From assembly GCA_014905635.1 (NCBI GenBank), contig JABVCE010000013.1, positions 620,001 through 684,000 of the forward strand: a stretch of DNA of 64,000 nucleotides, given 5' to 3'. Positions 1 to 10,300 of this stretch are shown piece after piece. Under the pieces are notes generated by a model. It did no database searches and had not been told where the DNA came from. It was given only the letters and a program-made list of their open reading frames with translations. A program made the position numbers and the translations under genes. Every line of letters starts with the position of its first letter. The stretch's first letter is position 1. The DNA is from Scenedesmus sp. PABB004 (lineage: Eukaryota).

Positions 1-3000
1 GCGGCACGCGCAGCACGCGCGGCGCGTGGCGCGCGCGGCGCGCGCTCACGGCTCCGAGTGCTTGACGCGCGGCGCGGGCCGCTTGCAGCCCTTGAAGACC
101 TTTGGCTGCGGCATGGAGAGCCACGCGGGCGTGTGGTCCTCGAGGAACTGCAGCACCGGGCGGATGACCGGCATGAGCACCGGGTCGACCAGCTTCTTCT
201 CAACCTGTGTGTGTGTGTGGGGGGGGGGGGGGTGGGGGGGGGCAGAGGAGGGAGGGAGGCAGAGGAGGGAGGGAGGCGGAGGAGGGAGGGAGGCGGAGGA
301 GGGAGGGAGGCGCGGCGGGGCGGCGGTGGGCGGTGGGCGCGGGGCGGACGCGAGAGCGGGGGTCGGGCGGGCAGCCTCGGCAGGGGCCGGGCGGGGGTCG
401 GGCTGGCGGCGGCGCGCGGGGCCCGTGCGGGGGCCGCGCGGGGGCGCGCGGGTCGCGGGTCAGATCATCACCTCGACGATGACGTAGACGATGACCATCG
501 ACACGATGGCCCGCGCCCACTGCACGCCGCTCATGCCCTCGCCCATGTGCAGGAAGGAGGAGACGCCGGGCGTGTAGGTCAGGAAGAACTGCAGCGCGAC
601 TGCGGCAAGCAAGGCGGGGGCGGGGCGCGCGGCGGGGCGGGGCGGGGCGCGTTGTGAGTGGGGCGTGAGCGCTCGAGGCTCAGGGGGCGAGAGCCAACCG
701 GCTGGAGCCCCGCAAGGCCGTGCGGCGCCGCGCGGCGCGGCGCGGCGCGGCGCGCACTCGTGACGCCGATGGAGGCGTAGCACCAGGGGTTGCCGCGCAG
801 CGCGCGCGGGTGGAAGGTGGAGGCCTTGATGAACCTGGCGGCGGGGCGGCGGGGTTCAGGGCCCAGGGGCGGGGCGCGGGGTTTAGTAACGAGGCGCTGG
901 CCGTCACGCGGGCCGGCCCGTGGGCAGGGCCGGCGGCGGGCCCCGCTGGCGCCGCGGTCCGGGCGCCGCGCCGCCGCGCGCCGCACCGCGTCGTGACGGC
1001 GTAGCCGATCTCACCAAACACGAGGACGTTGAACGCCTCGGCGCGGCGGCGTGCGAGCGAGAGGCCCTCGGTCGCGCCCCAGTAGAAGCAGCCGAGCACG
1101 AGGATGACGAGCAGGTGCGTCACAAACACGCAGCGCCACAGCACGAGCTTGCCCTGCAGGGCGGAGGGAGGGAGGGCAGAGAGGCGGAGGGAGGGCGGAG
1201 GGAGGGCGGAGGGAGGGCGGAGGGGCAAAGCGGGGCGGCGGTGGTGAGCGGCGGGCGGCCCGCGGCGGGGGCGCGGCGGCCGAGGCAGGGCGCGGCCGGG
1301 GGAGGGAGGGGGCGCGGGCGCGGGCGCGGGCGCGGCGCGCACCAGGAGGCGCTTGCCGGGGCGGCGCGGCGGGCGGTCCATGACGCTCGGCTCGGCCGGC
1401 TCGGCGGCGAGCATGATGCCTGGCGACCGGCGGGCGCGGCGCGGCGCGGCGGAGCGGTGCGCCGGGCGGCGCGGTGGGCCGCGGGCGGCGCGGGCTTGCG
1501 CGGCGCGGGCTCGTGCGGTGCTGGGCGGCGCGGCGCGGCGCGGGCTCGTGCGGCGACGGCGGCGCGGGCGCGTGCGGGGTGCGGCGCGCCGCACCCATGG
1601 TGACCGCTGTGACGAGGTTGACGTAGAGCACCTGCATCGCTGTGAGGGGCATGTCGTGCAGGCCGAACACAAACGCCCAGAAAATGCTCCCGCCCTGGTG
1701 ATGATGGCGCGGACGACGCGACGGACGCGGCGCAGGGACGTCGGACGTGGCGGCGGCGGCGCGGCGGCGCGGCGAGGGTGGGGCCCGCGCGCGGGCGCGG
1801 AGCGGCGGCGCCCGCCCGGGTCCGCGCCTGCGCAAAGTTGACTGGCAGGTTGAACAGCAGGATCTTGCGCAGGTTGTCCCACACGCTGGGGGATGGAGAG
1901 CAAGGGCGGGCGGGCGGGAGGAGAGGAGAGTCAGCACGCGGGGGGCGCAGCGCTGCGGCGCGGGGCCGGCCGTCAGCGCCAGCGGCGCGGGCGCGCGGGC
2001 GCGGGCGCGCGGCGCCGCCGCCGCGTGGGGCGCGGCGGCGCGTGGGGTTTTAGGGGTTTAGCGCACCGGCGTCCCTCCTTGACCGCCATGACGATGGTGC
2101 TGAAGTTGTCGTCCGCCAGCACCATCTTGGCGGCCTCCTTGGACACGTCGGTGCCCGTGATGCCCATCGCGACGCCGATGTCGGCGGCCTGGGGGGGGGG
2201 GGGGGGGAGGGTGTAGCGCGAGGGAGGGCGGCGTGAGCGGGCATGGTGGGCGAAGCGCGCGTGCGCGGCGGGCCAGCGGCGCGCGTGAGAGAGAGAGAGA
2301 GAGGGAGAGGGAGAGGGAGAGGGAGCGCGCGGGCGCGGCCGCACCTTGAGCGCGGGCGCGTCGTTCACGCCGTCGCCGGTCATGGCCACCACGTTGACGC
2401 CGCGCGCCTTGCGCCGCACCGGCTCGCCCTTCTTGTGCGTCGCGTGCGCGCGGTCGGCCTCACCGATGTGGCTGCCGCCGTAGCTGCTGGTCGAGAGCTC
2501 GTCCTCGTCCTTGTCTGCGTGTGTGTTTGTGTGTGTGTGTGGGGGGGGGGGGGGCACACGTGGCGGCGTGAGCGGCCGCGGCGTGGCGCGGCGGCGTGGT
2601 GGGCAGGGGAGTGCGTGGCTGCGGGGGCGCCGCACTCGCTCACCCTCGGCCACCTCGATCGTCACGTCCGCCGAGCGCACGCCGAGGCTGCGGCTCGCGA
2701 GGCTGTCGCCGGGGCTGGCCGCGCGGTCGGCGGCGGGGCGCTCGGCGCGGCGCGCGCCGCTGCCCGGCGCGGGGGACGGCGACGACGCGGCGGCCGCGGT
2801 CGCCGCCTGCGGCACGGGCGGGACGCTCTGCAGCGCGCGCACGATGCGCAGCCTGCGGCGCGGGGCGCGGGGCGCGGGGCGCGGGGTCAGCCGCAGGCCG
2901 CCGCGCGCCGCGGCGGCGCCGGCTGCCAGCGGGCCCACGCGCGTGGGCGCGCGCCCCGCCAGCCCCACCCCGCCCCGTGCCCGCGCCCGGCGCGGCGGGC

Positions 3001-6000
3001 CGCACTTGTTCTCCGGGCTGGCGCGCGCAAAGACATTGACGTTGGGCACCACCTTGCGCAGCGCGTCGTCGTCCATGCCGTCCAGCTCGGGGCCGGTCAT
3101 CACGCTGCCGTTGCCGGCGATGCCCAGCATCTTGCCGATGGCCAGCCCAGTGAGCGCGTGGTCGCCTGCGGCCGGCGGCGCGCGCGCGCGCGGCGGCGCG
3201 ATGCGCGTGGGCGGGCGGGCGGTGCCGGCGGGCGGGCGGCCGCGGCGGGCGCGGGGGCGCGGCGGGCGGCGCGGGCGCGGGCGCGCACCGGTGATCATCT
3301 TGACCACGATGCCGGCGCGGTGCGCGACCTTGACCGCCGCGATCGCCTCCTCGCGCGGCGGGTCCAGGATGGCGAGCAGCGCGACGAGCGTGAGGAAGGG
3401 GTCGGCCTTGCGCGCGAGGATGGCGTCCGCGGTCAGGCCGCTCACGTCCTCGTCCGTGGGGACCTCGGCGCGGCAGAGCGCGAGCACGCGCAGGCCCTGG
3501 CTGCTCAGCTCCTCCTGCGCCGCCGTCCAGAAGGGCAGCGTCAGCGGGACGGACCCGCCCGCGCCGGCGACCGTGGCGAGGCCGTCGTCCGCGAGCTGGC
3601 TGCAGCACATCGGGAACAGGCGGTCCGGCGCGCCCTGCGGCGGTGCGGGCGCGGGCGCGGGCAGCGTGGGCGTTGTGAGGACCGCGGCGCGGCGGCGCGG
3701 CGGCGGGGGTTTGCGACGCGCGCGCCGAGCGGCTCAGGGCCTCGGTGCGGGGGTGTGGGGCGCGGGCGCGGCGGTCCTGCAAGTGGCGGCTGTCCTGCAA
3801 GTGGTCCTGCAAGTGGCGCGCACCTTGACGTAGATGACGCGGCGCCCCGGGTGGCCCGCGCCCTGGGGCGGCTCCACCTGGTGGACCGTCGCCATGAACT
3901 GAACCGCGGCGCGGCGCGGGGCGGCGCGGGGCGTAAGCGTCGGCGTCGGCGGCGGGGCGCGCGCGCCGCGGACGTGCTGGGGCGGCCGGCCGGGTTTGGG
4001 AGGAGGCACGGCGCGCGCGGCGCGGCACAGCGCGCGCGGCGCGGCAGCACACCTTGTGCTCGCTCTCGAACGGCACGCTCGCGACGCGCGGCTTGGCGGC
4101 CTTGAGGGCCGCGGGGTCGAGCCCAGCCTTGAGCGCGCCGGTGATGAGCGCGACCTGGCGCGGTCAGTGGTGTGGCGCGGCGCGGCGCGGTCAGCGGGCA
4201 GCGCTGCGGCAGGGGCCCAGCCGCAGCAGGGGCCCAGCGGCGGCGGGGGCCCGGCGGCTGCAACCCGCGCAGCCCGGAGGGCCAGCGGCGGCGGCCTGGC
4301 GGCCTGGCAGCGCACCTCGGTGGGCGCGCCGTTGGGCGTGAAGACGGGCGCGCCGCCGGGGCCGTCCTCCTTGGTCAGCGCCGAGTCGTTGCACAGGAGC
4401 GCCCCCTCCAGCAGCGCCTTGACCGCGGCGGCGCCCTCCTCGGGCAGCGGCGCGTCGCTGCGGCACGGCACGGCGCGACGCGGCGCGGCGGGGGCGGGCG
4501 GGGTCGGCAAGGCGCGCGGCCGCGCAACGCCCGCCCCGCCGCGGCGCGCGGGGCCGCGCCCGCTCCCGCGCCAGCGGCGGCGGCGGCGCTAGCGGCGGCG
4601 GCGGCGTGGGGTGGGCCCTCTCTCACCCGAGCGTGAAGGCCCCCGTCGGCGCGTAGCCGACGCCACTGACGCGGTAGAGGGCGCCCGCGCTGCGCATCGC
4701 CACGAGCGTCATCTCGTTCTTGGTCAGCGTGCCGGTCTTGTCGCTGCAGATGACGGTCAGGCTGCCCAGCGTCTGCGCGGCGGCACGGCACGCGCGGCGC
4801 GGCAGGTCCTCAGCGCGGGCGCGGAGCGGGCGCGCGCGGCGCGGGGGCGCCGGCAGTCGGCTGCGACCGACAGCAGCCGCGCCGCACCTCCATGCAGGGC
4901 AGCTGGCGCACGATGGCGTTGTTCTTGGCCATGATGGTCGTGCCCATCGCCAGCACGATCGTCACCAGCGCGGGCAGGCCCGCGGGGATCATGGCCACCG
5001 CGATCGCGACCGCCGTCTGCGCGCGCGGCGTGGCCGACGGCGTGTGTTGTGTGGGCGCGCGGGGCCGGCGGAGCGGCGGCAGCGGCGGCCGCGGCGCGGC
5101 GCAGCGCGCGGCGCGGCGCGGCGCGCGCCTGGAACGCGACGCCGGCGTGGTGGTGCGCGTGCAGGAGGGCGAGCAGGAAGGTGGAGAGGCTGATGACGCC
5201 GACGATGATGGCGAGCCAGCGGGCGAGGATCTCCATCTGGATGAGCAGGTTGGTCTTGCCGCTCTGCACCTCGCTGACCATCTTGGAGATCTTGCCAATC
5301 TCGGCGCGGTCGCCTGCGGGGGCAGGGAGGGGAGCAAGAGGGAGAGGAGAGGAGGAGGAAGGGGGCGTGAGCGGCGCGGCGCCCGCACTGGACGCGCGCG
5401 CGCGGCGCGAGCTGCGCCGCGGCGGGCCGGGCCGGGCAGCGCGCCGCCGCACCCGTCTCGACGACGACGCCGAGGCCCTGGCCCGCGGAGACGGCGGTCG
5501 CGCTGTACGCGAGGCACTTGCGGTCGCCGAGGCCCGACGCGGCCGGGACGGGGAGCGTGTTCTTGCTGATCGGCACGCTCTCGCCCGTGAGCATGGCCTC
5601 CTGGATCTGCGGCGCGGCCCGGCCCGGCGCGGCGCGGCGCCCGGCGGGTTTGAACACACGGGCCGCGCCGGGGCAGCGGCGGCGGCGCCCGCACGGGCGG
5701 GCCGGCGCCGCGCCCGCGCCGCCGCGCCGCCGCGCGTGCGCCAGCCAGGCCTGAAGCGTCCCCCTTCCACTCTCTCGCACGCACGACGACAGCACGCGCG
5801 CACCTGCAGGTTGTGTGCCTCGAGCAGGCGCAGGTCGGCGGGGACCTTGTCGCCCGACTTTATGACCACGATGTCGCCCGGCACCAGCCCGTCCGCGTCG
5901 ACCGTCACGCGCTCGCCGCCGCGCACGACCGTCGCGGTGGGCGAGAGCATCGCCTTGATCGCGTCAGCCGCCTGCGCGGCGCGGGGGGCGGTGCGGGGGG

Positions 6001-6698
6001 CGTGGGACGGTGCAGTGGGCGCGGGCAGGGCGGCGGCAGGGCGTCGGCAGGGCGGCGGCCGGGCGGCGGCCGGCGCCGCCGCGCGCTGCGCGCCTGGCGT
6101 GCCCGGCGTGCGCCGCGCGCGCCGCGCTGCGCTGCCAAGCTGCGCGGCTGCGCCTGCGGCCGCGAGCCCGCCCTGCGGGGCAGGGCCGGCGCGTGCGCTG
6201 CGCGCGCACCTTCTCTGCCTTGCCCTCCTGGAAAAGGCCGATGCTGACGTTGATGACGACGACGCCGAGGATGAGGCCCATGTCGGGCCACGCCTGCAGC
6301 GCCGCCGACACCAAGGCGGCGATGAAGAGGATCCAGATGAACAGCCTGCGCAGCGGGCGGGCGCGGGGCACGTTGGCGCGCGCGGCGCGCGCGCGCGCCG
6401 CTGGCCAAGCAGCGCCGCGGCCGGCGCAGCCGCTCGGCGCGCCGCCGCCGCGGCGGCCGACTGCCTCCGGCGCGGCGCCGCACGTGTTGATCTGGTTCCA
6501 CAGCCGGCGCCAGAAGGAGGGCTTCGGCGGCGGCGTGAGGGCGTTGCGACCATACTGTGCGAGGCGCGCGGTCGCCTCGTCCGCGCTGAGGCCGTCCCTG
6601 CTGCTGCGCAGCTCGGCGAGCACGGCGTCGCCGTCAGGGAGCGAGTGCCACGCCGTCTCAGCCTCCTCCACGCCGGGCTGCTCCCCAGTCGTCGCCAT
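1..6698 (-). CDS. P2-type cation-transporting P-type ATPase (PacL/CtpF/SERCA-like fold), about 22 introns, 3' end runs off the window
   Basis: ATG at 6698 (MATTGEQPG...[33 protein letters not shown]). Spliced exons give [99 protein letters not shown] and [10 protein letters not shown]. The last visible exon (about 50-204) ends at a GT donor without a stop. Confidence 0.95.
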
Positions 6699-7360
6699 CC
6701 TCCAGGGTTGTGCTGTGAGTGGCCCCCCGCGCGCTGCAGCTGCTCGGCGCGTTCCCTCGTGGACCAGGGTGCGGAGGGGAGCGGGGTGGCCCGGCCTATC
6801 GGTGGCGTGCGGCAATTGTCACTTCAAGGTGCTGCCCTAAAATGCTGCCGCCTTTTTCTGCTGCGCAAAGCTCGCTCGCGGCAAACGCCGCCGCTCCGCA
6901 CGCGCTCGCGCGGCCCGCCGGCGGCCGGCGCCGGCGCCAGCGCCGGGTGCCGCCGCGCGCGCGCCGCCGCGGGTGACGTGCGCGCGGCTGGTGCTGGTGC
7001 AAAGCGCGGCTGGGGCCCTGGCGCAAAGGCGCCCTGCTTATCGCCGACGGCAGACCCGGGCCAGCCCTCGTCGCGGCGGCGGTCAGCGCTTGCGGCCGCC
7101 GGCCCGCGCGCGCCGGTCGTCACCGGGCGCGGCTCGCAGCGCCGCCCGGTGGGCCCAGGGCGCAGCAGGCGCCAGCAGGGGCGCCGCCGCGTCGCCGCCG
7201 GGTTGAGCCCTGCGCCGCGTTTCGGGCGCGGCCGCTGCCGTGCTCCTGGTCAGCGCCGCCGGCCCGGCCATCCAGACGTGTGCGACGGGTCGCACGGGCG
7301 GCCGGTCTGCCTGCCGACGACGACGCCGCGCCGCGCACGCGCGGGCAGCCGCCCGGCGCG

Positions 7361-10300
7361 ATGTCCTCGAGCGACGCCGACAGCGAGCAGGGCGCGCCGG
7401 GCGGGCATGGCGGGCCCGGCGACGCCGTCACGGGCGCGAGCGCGGATCCCCAGGTGCTGCAGCTCTTCTGGGACCTCGCCAGCCTCGCAGAGGTGCGCGC
7501 GCCGGCGCGCTGTCGTGACGCGCGCACGGCGCGCCGCGCGACCGGGCCGGCGGCGCGTCGTGGAGGGGCGAGCCCGGAAGCGCGCCCGCGCTGCGCGCCG
7601 CGGCGCCGCGGGCCCGGGCGGCCGCGCCAGGCGCCGCTGATGGGCGCGCGCCGCCTGCTGCTGCCCCGCGCCGCGCAGGACGTGCGCCTGACGGCCGCCG
7701 GCGCCCTGGTGGCGGCTCTGGTGGACAGCCAGAAGCAGCACGACGCGCAGCACCGCCCCGCGGACGCGCAGCCGGGCGGGAGCCTGGAGGCGGCGGACGC
7801 CGGTGGCGGCGGCCGCGCGGCGCGCATGGAGGCCGCCCTCAGCTGCTGCTCGCCCCTCATGGTGCGGGCACAGGGGCTCGGGGCGGTGGCTCGCCGCGCG
7901 GAGGGGAGGCGGGGGAGCGCCGCCGGCCTGCCGCTGCGACTGCTGCCGCTGCTGCCGCGACGCCGCTGACCGCCGCCGCCCACCCGCCCCGCCGCCCCCG
8001 CCCCCGTGCCCACCAGGCGTACGGCCTGAAGCGCCTGGCGCGCGGCCTCGCGTCCAGCCGCCAGGGCGCGCGGCAGGGCTTCGCCGCAGCGCTCGCGGCC
8101 GTGCTGTCGCGCAGCGCCGCGGCCGCCGCGGCCGCGCCGCCGCGCGGCAAGGGCGGCGGCGGCGGCGGTGAGCTGGCGGCGCCGTTTGTGAGCGCGGCGG
8201 GCGTGCTGGCGCTGCTGGACGCCTGCCTGGAGGTCACCGGCTCGATGAAGGGCTCGGTGCGTGGGCGGGGCGGGGCGGCCGGACAGGCGACGGCAGCGCG
8301 CCGCCGCGCCGCGCCGCGCGCAGGCCCGCCGCCGCCCCCGCGACCGGCGCCGCGGCGGCGCGGCGCAGCGGCACCTATAAGCACCGCCGTGCGGCACCCA
8401 CCCGCACGGCGGCTTTGCAGGGGTTCCAGATTGACCGTGCGCGGGGGGCCGACTATAACCTGCCGCCCGCCAGGGCCCCGCGTCACCGGCAGCGCGCGCC
8501 GCGCCTGCCAGCCACGCGGGGCCCTCACACTCGCATCAACGCACGCGCCCGCGCGCGCGCGCCCGTCCGTCCCTGCCCCCTCCTCCCCGTCCGCGCAGCC
8601 GCCGCTGCTCCTCACGCGCCGCGCCGCGCGCCGCCCCGCCGACCACAGGACCAGCGCGACGCGCTGCTGGGCCGTGTGTTTGGGCTCGCCGCGCTCGCGC
8701 GCAGCGGCCTGGTGGCCGCGCTGCCCGCGGCGCCGCCGGGCGCCGCCAGCGCGGCGCGCGGCGTGGCGGCCGTCGCGGAGCAGCTGGTCGGCCTGCTGCA
8801 GCGCAAGGCGTTCCTGCGAGAGAGCGCGGCGGCGGCGCTCGCGGAGCTGCTGCAGGGGCTGCGCGGCGCCGACATGGCGCAGGTGCTGCGCGAGGCGCCG
8901 CGGCTGTCGGCGCTGCTGGCGGCGGCGCCCGCGTCTGCCAGCCCAGAGGCGCTCATGCTCGCGCTGCGCCTGTGGCACGCGCTGCCGCCGGACGCGCTGG
9001 AGCACTGCCAGCTGCTGCCGCCGCTGCCCGCGGGCGCGGCGCCGCCGCCGGCGCTGTTCTGGCAGCAGCCGGGCGCGGTGCAGCGTGGCGCGGTCGCCGG
9101 CGCGGCGTCCGCGCTCTTCACGGTGGACCAGGTGTCGGCGCTGTGCCCCGCGCTGCTGGCGAGCAGCGCGAGCCACCCGCGGCTGCACCCCGTGTGGGGC
9201 TGCCTGCTGGCGCTGCTCGTGCCCGGCTTTGTGCCCGTGCGGGTGAGCGCCGCCCGAGGCCCGCGCGCCGCCTCGTGGCGCCAACCGGAGGCACGGCGCG
9301 CGCCCGCGCCGCCGCCGCGGCCGCCCGCCGACGCCCACGCGCCCGCGCGCCCGCAGGTGCTGCAGCAGCAGGACGCCGAGCAGGACGCGCCGGCGCGCCG
9401 CGCGGCGCCCGAGGCGCAGCAGCTCGCCGCGCTGTGGCAGGGCTTTGTCGAGCCGTCCTGCCTCAGCAGCAGCCACGAGCGCAAGGCGCTCGCGCTGCAG
9501 CTGCTGCAGCTGCTGCTGCCCGTGCTCACGCCCGACGCCGTGCCGGTGCTGCTCAGCAAGCAGCTGCTCGGCTGCCTGGCCACGGCGCTGCGCAACAAGG
9601 ACTCGTACCTCCACGCAAGCGCCAAGAAGTGCATGGTGAGCCTCCCTTCCCCCTGTTTGTCGGCCGTGTGTGTGTGCGTCTGCTGCGCGCCGGCCGGCGG
9701 CGGGGTGACGAGTCACGTGATTCCCCTACAGACACGCCCTCGGGCGCTGCTGACACACATCCAAAAACAGTCTTCAAAGTTTTCCGACCGCCGCAGCCCG
9801 CGCGCCGCAAGTTGTGTGCGTGTGCGTGTGCGTGGTGGGTCGCCGCTGGCTGGCTCCCGCCGCGGCGCGCAGTTGAGCGGGGTGACGAGTCACGTGATTC
9901 CCCTACAGACACGCCCTCGGGCGCTGCTGACACACATCCAAAAACAGTCTTCAAAGTTTTCTGACCGCTCCGCTGCGTGGCGCGCGGATGGCGCGGCACG
10001 CCGCTCCCCCCTGCAGGCGCGCCGCGGCTGCGCGCCTGGCTGACCGCGCCGCCCCCGCACCGCAGGAGCGCATCAACAGCTGCGCGGAGCACAGCCTCGT
10101 CGTGCGCGACGACCCGGCGCTCGCAGCCAAGCTGCGCCTCGCGCTCGCGGCCGCGCTGCAGGCCGCCAACCTGCAGCCCGGCGGCGCTGGCGCGGGCGCG
10201 AAGGCGCGCAGCGCCGGCGCGGCGCTGCTGGCGGGCCTGGACGGCGCCGGCGCGGCGGCGTACGTCGACCAGCTGCTGGGCGAGTTTGTCGCGGCGGTCG

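Noticed and set aside
8450..8460. CTATAACC loop as a telomerase RNA template
   Set aside because: It does not match the CTAAACCCT template expected for TTTAGGG repeats, and no other telomerase RNA features were identified.
9700..9968. 92-bp direct repeats with an 85-bp spacer read as a CRISPR-like array or TRIM/LTR element
   Set aside because: There are only two units in a eukaryotic intron, with no cas genes, TG...CA ends, PBS/PPT or target-site duplication. The C/D snoRNA model explains the boxes, stems and guide.
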